Assembly (NCBI GenBank): GCA_965205335.1
Contig: OZ242164.1
Coordinates: 704,001 to 768,000, forward strand
Length of the DNA stretch: 64,000 bases
Reading direction: 5' to 3'
Origin: Candidatus Woesearchaeota archaeon
GTDB lineage: Archaea; Nanobdellota; Nanobdellia; Woesearchaeales; UBA583
The translations under genes were made by a program, and so were the position numbers. Shown here piece by piece: positions 48,634 through 58,699 of the stretch. Each line of letters starts with the position of its first letter. The stretch's first letter is position 1. The notes below the pieces were generated by a model. The model ran no database searches, was not told the origin of the DNA, and worked only from the letters and a program-made list of their open reading frames with translations.

Positions 48634-48998
48634 TTATAAATTTAACTCTGAATTGAGTTCTGTTTTCTTATTAATTGCATTTAGGATACTTCTTTCAAAT
48701 TTATTATTTTCTGATTTTTCTAATAACTGATTGTATGTCTCTTTTGCCTCAGGAGATAAAATTACCCTTACTTTTTTCTTCATAGTTCTAATCCTTCGTT
48801 TATAGCATTTCTTAGGTTTGTATTTGTATTGTGAATCCAAGAGATTCCCCTTATACTTACAGCAATCTTATTACTTCTTTCAAGGTATTCTAATATTATC
48901 TTCAATGTATTGTGATTAATTTGCTTGGGGATAATTTTTTTTAATGATGCAATACTTATAATGCTCTCATTCATATTACTTAGAGTATCTTCCACCAT
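48634..48998 (-). pseudogene. Truncated antitoxin (48780-48998) and truncated RelE-like toxin (48634-48783) pair
   Basis: Paralogous to the 49096-49721 pair (MVE...L.YL..SNKI; KVRVILSPEA) but both shortened. Confidence 0.6.
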
Positions 48999-49095
48999 AA
49001 TTCTTATCTGCTCTTATATTCTAGTCTCAATAGATTTTTTAGTTGGATGAGGGTTAGTTGGATTATACATAACCCATAAATTCTAAAGATAAAAC

Positions 49096-49440
49096 TTAAC
49101 TCTTATATCTAAATGTTCTTACATACTCTTTATGATTGAACCATTCTAATATAATTGAATAAATCTGAACTTTATCATTTTCCAAAACATAAATAATTCT
49201 ATATCCTGAGGGCAAATCATATTTCCAAAGAGAATATCCTTCAATTAATCTTAAATATTTTTTAGGAAGCCTATCTTTAGGTATTGCAACACCGCAAAAA
49301 CCATTTTCTTCCAAGTCATCAATTGCTCTGTTTATCCACTTGTATAATCTTTTTTGTTGTTCATCTCCTCTTGATAGGGATTTATACGTTCTTTCAAGTT
49401 CTTTGTTTACAAACAGAACTTTTGTACGTTTCTTAATCAT
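49096..49440 (-). CDS. RelE/YoeB-like toxin
   Basis: LWKYDLPSGYRIIY...ILEWFNHKEY. Confidence 0.65.
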   Translation of the reverse strand: MIKKRTKVLFVNKELERTYKSLSRGDEQQKRLYKWINRAIDDLEENGFCGVAIPKDRLPKKYLRLIEGYSLWKYDLPSGYRIIYVLENDKVQIYSIILEWFNHKEYVRTFRYKS

Positions 49441-49721
49441 TTTGCCCCTACTGAGTTTTTCAATAGTTTGCCACTTGTGATGCCAATCCACACAACTTTT
49501 CCTTCTTTGTCAATACCAATTTTATTTGAGTGGATTAAGTAATTGAGAATTACTGAAAACGTCTGATATCTCATTTTTTTTGGTAATTTCTGCCATAGTG
49601 CTTTTCTTTTGTAAATTGCAGAGTTTTCTGAAATAAATTTCTCTACCATTAGAATTGTGTTTAATTGCGGATATGAAAACGCATCCTCAAACATTTCTGA
49701 AATTATTCCTTTGGCTTCCAT
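49437..49721 (-). CDS. Putative winged-helix antitoxin/regulator
   Basis: YPQLNTILMVE...LPKKMRYQTF..ILNYL; ATGA-type overlap with toxin. Confidence 0.6.
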   Translation of the reverse strand: MEAKGIISEMFEDAFSYPQLNTILMVEKFISENSAIYKRKALWQKLPKKMRYQTFSVILNYLIHSNKIGIDKEGKVVWIGITSGKLLKNSVGAK

Positions 49722-49770
49722 AGTTATATTAATATGTATACCTATATAAATTTATTGTTTTCTAATTTTT

Positions 49771-50711
49771 TGTGTAGTCGGGTGACATATGTCACCAGTT
49801 AAAAAATTCTTTATTTTCCCAATTTCATGAAGAAATATGAAATCCGCAAAGAATTTGTTAAGTTAAGAGTGAAGCAATTTTCTTATTCAAAATGTCAGAA
49901 AATTTTGAAGAGTAAATTTGATTATAATATTACTATTCGTACTTTAAAACGTTGGCAACGCTGTTTTAATAAAGAATCCAATTGGGATTTTTGTGACAAC
50001 TCTCAAAGACCAAATAAAATCTGGTATAAAGTAACCTTGGACATTGAATCTAAAATTATCAATTTAAGAACTGCAACAGGATGGGGAGCTAAAAAGCTCC
50101 GTGATTCTTTACATTTAGACTTACATCCAGCCACTGTGAATGAAGTTTTGAAACGCAACAATTTAACTAGAAAAGAACATAACAGAGGTCAACGTAAGAA
50201 ATATGTTCGTTTTCAAAGAAAACATGCAAATTCGCTTTGGCACATAGATGATAGCGAATTTGGAAAAAAAAGCAAAATAATTGCTGTAGTTGATGATGCT
50301 ACAAGATATTGTTTAGGAATCTTACAGGTTCCTACTGTAACAACCATGGTTGTTACTGAATTTCTTGATAATTTAACTAAGGAGTTTGGAACTCCAACTC
50401 AAATAATTAGTGACAATGGTGCTCCCTATGGATTAAATAGCAAACATTCTAAGTTTGATGTTTGGTGTCGTAGAAGAAAGATTGAACATATTCGGACTAG
50501 AGTAAAGAGACCTCAAACAAATGGAAAAGTCGAAAGACTTTTTGGAACAATTGAGAGAGAAATTAAATATTGTAATGAGGATTTAGAGAAATTTAGAATG
50601 AGATATAATCATTTTAGACCTCATGAGAGCTTGTTTTTACAAACTCCAGCAAATGAATTTTATTCATTTGAAAGAATGTTGAACTGGTGACATATGTCAC
50701 CCGACTACACA
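49771..50711 (+). mobile_element. IS481-family insertion sequence, intact
   Basis: Perfect 30-bp IRs TGTGTAGTCGGGTGACATATGTCACCAGTT; 15-bp target duplication TGTTTTCTAATTTTT (49756-49770, 50712-50726). Confidence 0.95.
49827..50690 (+). CDS. IS481-family DDE transposase
   Basis: LWHIDD, VDDATR, SDNG, PQTNGKVER, YNHFRPHESL. Confidence 0.92.
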   Translation: MKKYEIRKEFVKLRVKQFSYSKCQKILKSKFDYNITIRTLKRWQRCFNKESNWDFCDNSQRPNKIWYKVTLDIESKIINLRTATGWGAKKLRDSLHLDLHPATVNEVLKRNNLTRKEHNRGQRKKYVRFQRKHANSLWHIDDSEFGKKSKIIAVVDDATRYCLGILQVPTVTTMVVTEFLDNLTKEFGTPTQIISDNGAPYGLNSKHSKFDVWCRRRKIEHIRTRVKRPQTNGKVERLFGTIEREIKYCNEDLEKFRMRYNHFRPHESLFLQTPANEFYSFERMLNW

Positions 50712-50973
50712 TGTTTTCTAATTTTTTTATCTTATTAATAGAGTATATGAATAGTTTATTTCCTTAACTACTAAATATTAAAAGTAGAAATTCAAATTCC
50801 TATTATCTTACTATCATTGAGTAGGGATAACTATATAAATAACAATCTCTTATTATTTTAAGTATTAAAGAGAGTTTTCACAATAAAACTCTTAAATGTT
50901 AAAAGGCATGCATTTAGTTATTTAAGAATTATATAAACTTTATATGATGGTGCAAGTTTCTTTTTAATTAACA

Positions 50974-51882
50974 ATGGAAACAACAATTAAATTAGAAAAG
51001 CGAATAGAACCTTCAAGAAGAAGATTCTTACAAGGATTAGTAGGTGCTGGTGTTACTGCATACACATCATCTGCATATACACCATTTGCATTTGCACAAA
51101 GAAGAAAGAGAATCTCAGATGAAGCAAGAAACAGAATTTGGAAAAACTATCCCCAAATGCAGGGTGCAATTGATTTGATAAACAGAGGTGCTTTTGAAGG
51201 ATTAATTGATTATGCACTATATCCAAATCAAGGATATTATGACCCAAGAGGCATTCCTACATCAGTAAGGAAAATACCAAGAGGAGATATGGACACACCA
51301 CACTATTGGCTTCTTTTAAAAATTCTTGAAGGTGATGGTTATAATATCTTTGCCGACAATAACGGAGAACCTTTTTTGGGCGTTCCTCCTCCTCCTTCCC
51401 CTCCATCAGGTGTATGGTATTTCGCAAGAGGGTTGAGAACCGGAAGTCCTGACAATGAAAGTAATTTACTTAAAGCCTTGTACATAGGAGCAACAGGCAG
51501 TCCGGATGGAGCAGAACCAATAATAAATGGTACATTTATGAATGTATCTGGAGTTAGAGAAAAAGTTAGGGAATGGAGAGAAGAATATGACTTTGCCCCA
51601 CATTCAGATGAAGGAAATCATCTGTTAGCATATAATCTAAACATTCTCAGGGAAGCCATTTTCCCCAACACAGAACATTTTAAAGGCAGAGAACTTGTAG
51701 AATTAAGTCTTTTGGGACTGGAGGATTTTTATGATGAGGTTTATTCACCTGAAAAGAGTAATATCTATGGAGGAAGAATAGTTGGGGATTTAACGAAGAA
51801 GGATAAGTTGCCTGGATATTTTATGATTGATGAAGCAGGAGCAGAATCTCCTTTACCCGTGTTAAGATTTCATAGTAGGTAG
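50974..51882 (+). CDS. Hypothetical protein with twin-arginine (Tat)-like signal
   Basis: SRRRFLQGLVGAG...AFA. Confidence 0.65.
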   Translation: METTIKLEKRIEPSRRRFLQGLVGAGVTAYTSSAYTPFAFAQRRKRISDEARNRIWKNYPQMQGAIDLINRGAFEGLIDYALYPNQGYYDPRGIPTSVRKIPRGDMDTPHYWLLLKILEGDGYNIFADNNGEPFLGVPPPPSPPSGVWYFARGLRTGSPDNESNLLKALYIGATGSPDGAEPIINGTFMNVSGVREKVREWREEYDFAPHSDEGNHLLAYNLNILREAIFPNTEHFKGRELVELSLLGLEDFYDEVYSPEKSNIYGGRIVGDLTKKDKLPGYFMIDEAGAESPLPVLRFHSR

Positions 51883-51938
51883 CGAGAAAGAGAAATTAAA
51901 ATTCCATTTATCGGTCTCTGATTGATTATTTCATCTTA

Positions 51939-54900
51939 TTAACTAACCCCTCCATCTTCTGGAGTTTTTGTTTTTTCTTTCCGTTGAACTCCACCACTTG
52001 TGATTCTGTCAATTGTTCCGGGATCACATTGTCTTATTCTGAATGTTCTTGATATAGTTACTGGTTCTTTATTTTTTTTAGGGTCTTTACTCTTTTGATG
52101 ATATGTTATATACAGAGTAACTTCTTCTTCAGGAGTTCCTGTTGGAAGTTTATATCCTGACAATTTTAATTTTCCCTTATAAATATTGTCTTTATATTCT
52201 AGTTCTGTTTCCAGTTTTATTGGATCACTTCCTTCTCTCTTAAATATGTGATTATCTATTTTTTCTAACTTGTTATCCTTACTATCTCTTCTCTGTTGTG
52301 CAAATGAAACTCTATAATCAAAATCTTCATTATCATTTTCAATAACAAGTCTTCCTTCAGATTCATAATTAAATCTCTTACTATTACTTACTGCTGAAAT
52401 TATTACTTCCACATTTAAATCTTGTTCCTCCCCTTTATTTCTGACACAGACGCTTTGCTTTTCAAATGGTCTTACTATATCAAATATAAAATTCACATCT
52501 TCATCATCTTCATTTTCAGCATTCGGAGCAACAGTAAATCTTAGTTCAAGCAAATCATTTAAATCCACATTTCTTGACACATCTATGTCTTCACCTACTA
52601 TACTATAATTTCTGAAATTATCTCTTGTTATTCTTCCTGCATTGCTTGGTAAAAGTCTTAACAATAATTTGCATGAACCTGCCCGCAAATTATTTAACTG
52701 GTTATTATTTTGGTCTGGCAAATTGACAATAGGAAGAAATGTTTTTTGTTCTTGTCCATTAGCATTTGTCAAAAATATATTGACACCCCTCGCAGGAACT
52801 TGATTCAACCTTAATTCTACTTCTCTTACTCCACCTCCAATTTTGGAAATACATTCATCACCTAAACTGCTTAAACTTATGTCAGTAGTACTGCTCCCAC
52901 TAAAAGTTACAGCATTGTTGCTTGGACATGTCTCTTCATCATCACCAATCTTAAACTTAACATCACTCAAATCAAAACTTGGGGGTGTCCCCTCAAATAG
53001 TCCCTGCTCGTATTTAAATCTAATTAGGGTTTCTCCACTAATAGAGATAGAGCCTGTATCTTTAAGTGTCGCTGTTGCAAGAGGGTAAAGTTCAATCTTT
53101 CTTAATTCTGGAATTTCCTCTAGTTCTATTATTTGGGGATTTAATAAAGATAATGGTTCAGATTTTGGCTGGCTCTCACTTCCTCTTCCCTGTCTGCAGT
53201 CAAACATATAATGCAAATTAACATTATCTATTTCACCTACTGAATTTGGTCTTATATCCAAGAAAGCATCAATGTTCACCATGTTTCCTGGATACAACAC
53301 AGGAGTTGCCACTCCTCTTGGATTTGGAATAATCTTTGTTGCATCCCTGCTTAATCTGTGCTGGCTAAACAATGCATTCTCTGTAAATATTGCATCACAG
53401 TGAATTCCTCCAAACTCTGCAACTTCCCCTCCTTGAACAGAACTTGGCTCAGAAGTACCAGTTCCAAAAGCTCCTGCTTTCCAATGACATCTTGCAAATA
53501 ACACATCACTTGGAACAATAGACTCTTCATTAGACAAAGTTGTTAAAGTCTGCCCATCTAATTCATATTCATGTCTCGCACGTATAATATTAAACCTAAA
53601 CCTTCCTGCTCTATCTGTTAAAGGAACAACAGTTGATTTTAACTCACCTCTTCTTACATTCAAAGAAGGAACTCTAAGACGATTAATAATATGTCTATCT
53701 CCATGAGAACTAATCCCTGGAGGACAGTATTCTCCATGAGGTGCGGAACTATCACATATAAACTCAATTTCTGTTGTAACCGTCTGTCCTCCTGACAGAA
53801 CATAATATGAAAACTTATACTGAACAGCAATATCACCAGTTATAGGATTATAACCAACAAACCTTGATGTTGGAAACATTGGCCCAAACGTTGGTTTAAC
53901 CTGATTCTTATCAACAGCCGTTAAAATATTATCTGTCAAAACGCTCCAATCACCTGTAAACGCCGCAAGACAAACATTCTTTGTAATAGATTGAGTTGAG
54001 AACCCTGCCTGTTCTAAAAACGTATCATCATACCTATCGTTAATAATCTTATCTCCTTCATTTGCAGAACGCAGAACCTCTGTAAAAAAATTACCATCTC
54101 CAGTATGATAATCCCCTCCCACATTTCTTTTCGGTGAATCTCCTACTGTTTTGTATAAAATATTTGTTACAACTTCACAAACACCCATAGAAAACAACCT
54201 CTCACAATAAGCACCCTTCACAACACCTACCTTTGCCTGATCTAAACACTTATTAATAGATTTCATCCATTTAAGAATATTCTTTGAATGAGAATAAGTA
54301 TCAGTTATAACCCCACACCTTATAGACTCAATAATATTATCCTTGGGATTTTTCCCAGGAACTCCAGAACCTTCCCATGTGGGAACGACCCCGTCATCAT
54401 CAAGAGTAAAGAAATTACATCTTGTACCATCATACTTAGGATGACCTGTTTGCATGCAAACCCCAGACATCTCCAGCAAATCAACTTTTTGATGCTTTAC
54501 AGTTTTACATTCACTATATGTTTTATCTCTTCCTACATCTGGTTCACCATTTCTAAGAGGCACTTTTTCTAAAACAGCAGGTTCTCCTCCTTCTGATTTT
54601 GTGCATCTCTTCCAGTTTCCTCCTATTTTTATTGGGTTATTTCCTGTACATTCTACTTCCTTTCCATCATCAATACAACCTTTACCAAATCTTGCAGGTG
54701 CACACGTTGGTCTTACGAGTTCTCTTGAGAAAGTGTTTGGATTTTGAAGCCAACTCTGTTCTATCCTTTCATATCTCTGAACTTGTCCTGAAACAAGAAC
54801 ACCATCAAATTTCCCTTCTCCATAGAAATCACAAGGATCACCAATTTTCAAACTATCAAATGTTGCAAGAAGATCTCTTGTACCTCCATCTCCAGACTTA

Positions 54901-57455
54901 TATATTATTGCATCATCCAGAACACTTCCACCTCCAGAACCAAAATAGTCATCCCCCTTGGTGTCAATAATCCCTCCACCACCTACAGTTGAGCTTCTAT
55001 TAAAATCACCAAATCCCTCGCACCTCTGAGGAGAAGGAGAACCAATTATCCTATCACAAACAGTAAAAATTTGGCGTCTATATTCCTTTATTTTATTTTC
55101 AATATTTTTAATTTCTTCATTATCCTTACTTAAACTCTTCTTTGAACGTTCCTTTGCAATTCTAAATGTATTAACTAATCTTATTCCTGTGCAAGCAATA
55201 ACACCTACAACAGAAGCATGTCCCAAATAATTAGTAACCTTCTCTACCTTATCAATAGTGGTGTTTAAATACTTCTGCAAACCCTCTATCATTTTTGGAG
55301 ATAACCACTTAGTATGATCAAAAGGTCTATCAATATCAATAGTTAGAGGGAAATAAATTAAATTTCTCTCATCTATAGGAATTCTTGAATCCTTAATCTC
55401 ATATGTAACCTTTCCTCCAAAACCTAATTCAAGTTTAGTTGGATAATCTTTAGGCGGCAAATTCAAAGGATTAATCCTTATAGGAACATAAACAATTGCA
55501 TCCCCTGTATTTCTATCAAAATAATAAGTAAGTCTGGCATTTTCAATTGAAATATACCTATTGTCTGGATATTGTCTCGTATCATCTTTTCTAATATGAA
55601 AATGACTTAAACGAGATACTTTTCCTGGTCCTAAGTACTGGAAAGTTGCCTGCAATCCAAACTCACTGCCTGAAAATCCTCCCCTCAAATCAGTATTAGA
55701 CTCAATATCACCAACAGTAAACGAATTAGGAATAGGAACCACCTCTGTAACTTGCCACAGAGTATTGCCTGAATCAAGAGTAAGATCTATATTTTCCATT
55801 ACAAAATTTCCGAACTTATCTGTCATTGCAAAACAGACCTGATTTCTTGATACAACCTTCTCCACCTGATAACTTGTTTCTTTCTCACTTGCATGTTCAT
55901 ATCTTCTTGCTTCGCTTTCTCTAAAAGAATCCTCATGAAGACTAATTAAAATCTCAAACTTGCCCTCACTATTTGATGTAACTTTTTTCCTCTTTGAAAT
56001 TAAACTCAGAAGGGAAAGTTGCTTCTCAGGTAAATTAACCTCAGGCCCAAACACTCTCCTACTACCAAACTGTCTCAAATTTCTTATAAAAAAGCTCTGA
56101 TTATTATAATTCCTGCACGAAACTCTTTTTCCATCTTCATCAAGAGCATCTCTTGGAATTGTAAAAACCGTTAATTCAACATCTGGTTTATTAACCTTAC
56201 CTTCAAGTTCAAGAATTGGAAAATGAACTTTTGAACCTGCCTGAGGATCAAGTTCGCCTCTCAAAAGTTTTGGTTTCTTTGTATCAACAATAAAAATATG
56301 AGCCTCCTTATGCAAATTACCTGCCATATCATAAGCATTAAGCGTAACATTATTCTGTCCATCTTTAAGCCTTAGCTCTAATTCATGAAAATCCAAAGAC
56401 ACATCCAACTCCTCAGAGAAATTCTTATCATTAAGTGTATAATTCAAAACAGAAGCATCAGTTGAAAAATTCAAAATAATATTCTTTTCATTTAGAAAAA
56501 AAGAATTATCTTCCTTAAAGACTTTCTTTGAATTATCAACATTTGAAGAAAAATAAATTCCAACAATATCAAACTGAGGTCTCACAGTATCAGAAATTAC
56601 CTCAACTCTCTTCTCACCATTGAAGATATCTTTTCTGTCTACCTCAGTTGTAATCAACCTAATTGAATTAACCCCTTCACGTAAGCCCCCAATGGTCTTA
56701 TTAAACTTATTCCCATCAAGTTCAATACTTTTTAACAATCCAATATTACCAATAACTCCATCATGATTTAGAACATAATAAAGAGGATAAGAGGAATCAC
56801 TAACTGTACCCATTAAAACAATCTCATCATCATCTGTAATATTTACAAAATCTCTAACAGTAATAACATTTGAATATTTCTCATAATAAATTGTCTCTTC
56901 AAAAGTTTCAAGTTTTGTTTTATCTTTTAAAGACTTTGCCACAAACTTCAAAGTATTCTCCCCATCCATAAAAAGATTCTGGTTAATCTCATCAAAAACA
57001 AAAGGAAGCAGTTTATCCTCAACTGATATTTCCCCCCTTGTTCCACCAATTTCATCCCTTATTGTAAGAACTTCTCTCTTATCCCATAAAAATTCAAGTG
57101 TCTGTTTGGGTTTTAAAGTCTTATTCGCAAAACCCATTATATTTAACCTGTAATCTCTCTCTGAATGATTATTCATAAAAATCAACCAAGAACTCCGAGA
57201 AACTTCATAATTAGAAATACCTCCTGTAAGATAAATTGTTGTGGCATTATCAACTAAGTCTATTCTGTCAATATCATTATCATTTACAAACAAGCTAAGT
57301 TCAATCCCTGATGAAGCTTCCCCACTTATAATAACCTCTCCGCTTAGATAATCATTTTTCTCCAACCGAACTTCAGGAAAAGAATAAGAGACAGAAATTA
57401 AACTAACAAAAAGCAAAATAAATACAAAACACACAGATGATTTTTTTATTGTCAC
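51939..57455 (-). CDS. Giant secreted/surface protein (1838 aa) with Ig-like N-terminal domains and Cys-rich core
   Basis: Sec signal; GENTLKF, GVNSIRL, GQNNVTL..DMAGN Ig-like motifs. Confidence 0.7.
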   Translation of the reverse strand: MTIKKSSVCFVFILLFVSLISVSYSFPEVRLEKNDYLSGEVIISGEASSGIELSLFVNDNDIDRIDLVDNATTIYLTGGISNYEVSRSSWLIFMNNHSERDYRLNIMGFANKTLKPKQTLEFLWDKREVLTIRDEIGGTRGEISVEDKLLPFVFDEINQNLFMDGENTLKFVAKSLKDKTKLETFEETIYYEKYSNVITVRDFVNITDDDEIVLMGTVSDSSYPLYYVLNHDGVIGNIGLLKSIELDGNKFNKTIGGLREGVNSIRLITTEVDRKDIFNGEKRVEVISDTVRPQFDIVGIYFSSNVDNSKKVFKEDNSFFLNEKNIILNFSTDASVLNYTLNDKNFSEELDVSLDFHELELRLKDGQNNVTLNAYDMAGNLHKEAHIFIVDTKKPKLLRGELDPQAGSKVHFPILELEGKVNKPDVELTVFTIPRDALDEDGKRVSCRNYNNQSFFIRNLRQFGSRRVFGPEVNLPEKQLSLLSLISKRKKVTSNSEGKFEILISLHEDSFRESEARRYEHASEKETSYQVEKVVSRNQVCFAMTDKFGNFVMENIDLTLDSGNTLWQVTEVVPIPNSFTVGDIESNTDLRGGFSGSEFGLQATFQYLGPGKVSRLSHFHIRKDDTRQYPDNRYISIENARLTYYFDRNTGDAIVYVPIRINPLNLPPKDYPTKLELGFGGKVTYEIKDSRIPIDERNLIYFPLTIDIDRPFDHTKWLSPKMIEGLQKYLNTTIDKVEKVTNYLGHASVVGVIACTGIRLVNTFRIAKERSKKSLSKDNEEIKNIENKIKEYRRQIFTVCDRIIGSPSPQRCEGFGDFNRSSTVGGGGIIDTKGDDYFGSGGGSVLDDAIIYKSGDGGTRDLLATFDSLKIGDPCDFYGEGKFDGVLVSGQVQRYERIEQSWLQNPNTFSRELVRPTCAPARFGKGCIDDGKEVECTGNNPIKIGGNWKRCTKSEGGEPAVLEKVPLRNGEPDVGRDKTYSECKTVKHQKVDLLEMSGVCMQTGHPKYDGTRCNFFTLDDDGVVPTWEGSGVPGKNPKDNIIESIRCGVITDTYSHSKNILKWMKSINKCLDQAKVGVVKGAYCERLFSMGVCEVVTNILYKTVGDSPKRNVGGDYHTGDGNFFTEVLRSANEGDKIINDRYDDTFLEQAGFSTQSITKNVCLAAFTGDWSVLTDNILTAVDKNQVKPTFGPMFPTSRFVGYNPITGDIAVQYKFSYYVLSGGQTVTTEIEFICDSSAPHGEYCPPGISSHGDRHIINRLRVPSLNVRRGELKSTVVPLTDRAGRFRFNIIRARHEYELDGQTLTTLSNEESIVPSDVLFARCHWKAGAFGTGTSEPSSVQGGEVAEFGGIHCDAIFTENALFSQHRLSRDATKIIPNPRGVATPVLYPGNMVNIDAFLDIRPNSVGEIDNVNLHYMFDCRQGRGSESQPKSEPLSLLNPQIIELEEIPELRKIELYPLATATLKDTGSISISGETLIRFKYEQGLFEGTPPSFDLSDVKFKIGDDEETCPSNNAVTFSGSSTTDISLSSLGDECISKIGGGVREVELRLNQVPARGVNIFLTNANGQEQKTFLPIVNLPDQNNNQLNNLRAGSCKLLLRLLPSNAGRITRDNFRNYSIVGEDIDVSRNVDLNDLLELRFTVAPNAENEDDEDVNFIFDIVRPFEKQSVCVRNKGEEQDLNVEVIISAVSNSKRFNYESEGRLVIENDNEDFDYRVSFAQQRRDSKDNKLEKIDNHIFKREGSDPIKLETELEYKDNIYKGKLKLSGYKLPTGTPEEEVTLYITYHQKSKDPKKNKEPVTISRTFRIRQCDPGTIDRITSGGVQRKEKTKTPEDGGVS

Positions 57456-57576
57456 TTATCTCAAATCCCCAAAAACAAGTTTTATTAGTGTTTTGCTTTA
57501 CTATATAGTGAATAGAAAATCAAATTTCAAACACACAACATAAAATACATTGCAAAAGTCCTCTTTAAACTCTTTT

Positions 57577-58452
57577 TTAAAGTTCCTCTATAATTACAGA
57601 AGAGACATCTATTAAATTAGTTTCATGTTGCACAGAATTCGTTGTGTAAATCCCATCAAAATGCTTTTTCATTTTTTTAAATCCATTCTCAGTAAAAAGT
57701 CCGTGAACACCTATTGCAAAAACAGACTTAGCGCCAAGTTTTCTAATTTTAATTGCAGATTTAATCATTGTATTCCCCGTTGAAATAATATCATCTACAA
57801 TTATCACATTCTTTCCTTTAAAGTCTATCTCATCAGTCATTTTCACATCAACATTTCTTGTGGTGCGTCTGTCCTTATGCAGAACTGTATCTTTAACATG
57901 AACTTCTTCTGCAATCTTATCAGCCCATTGATATGATTCCTCATCAGGACCTGCAATAACCAAGTCCCTTTTAGAAAAATTCTTTTTAATATGTTTTACA
58001 ATAACTGAATTTGCAGTAAGATTCTTGGCAGGAATTTTAAAAATATCTTTCATTCTATGAATCCTATGAAGATGAGGATCAATGGTTAATATTTTATCTA
58101 CATACAAATTCATCAAATCAGACATAATCAATGCATTAATTGCATCACCTGAATCAAACTCTTTATCCTGTCTCATAAACCCTAAATAAGGTGCTACTAA
58201 AACTACTTTCTTTGCCCCTTGCATTTTAGCGGATTTTGAGGCAAAAATAATCCTCAATAAAGATTCATTTGGATTTGGCTGAAAAGATTCAATTATAACT
58301 AACTTCTCCCCCATAACATCCGATTTAAACCTTAAATAAATTTCACCATCCGGGAATTCCCTTACATCTGTCTCAATATACTTTGCTCTTATTGACTTTG
58401 CAATCTTTCTTGCAAGTTTTTCCGAATTCATTAAAGAGGTTAGTATAACCAT
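57577..58452 (-). CDS. prs: Ribose-phosphate pyrophosphokinase
   Basis: FPDGE, PYLGFMRQDK, IVDDIISTGNT. Confidence 0.94.
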   Translation of the reverse strand: MVILTSLMNSEKLARKIAKSIRAKYIETDVREFPDGEIYLRFKSDVMGEKLVIIESFQPNPNESLLRIIFASKSAKMQGAKKVVLVAPYLGFMRQDKEFDSGDAINALIMSDLMNLYVDKILTIDPHLHRIHRMKDIFKIPAKNLTANSVIVKHIKKNFSKRDLVIAGPDEESYQWADKIAEEVHVKDTVLHKDRRTTRNVDVKMTDEIDFKGKNVIIVDDIISTGNTMIKSAIKIRKLGAKSVFAIGVHGLFTENGFKKMKKHFDGIYTTNSVQHETNLIDVSSVIIEEL

Positions 58453-58699
58453 AAAGGTTATGCAAAAAACACATTTATAAATATTCTTTGTCATTGATTC
58501 TGTAACAAAATATAATATTCTTTTTAGTTATAATATAACAAGTTTTAATTCCATCGTCGTAATATGGTAAAAACTAATTCTCTCTAAATCAATCATTTCA
58601 TTTCGCATCAGAGAATTTTTTCAGAAGTTAATTTATGAATTATTGTTACTTTCAGTGAACACACAAACACATATATATTGAAACTTAAGGAAAAGTCAC

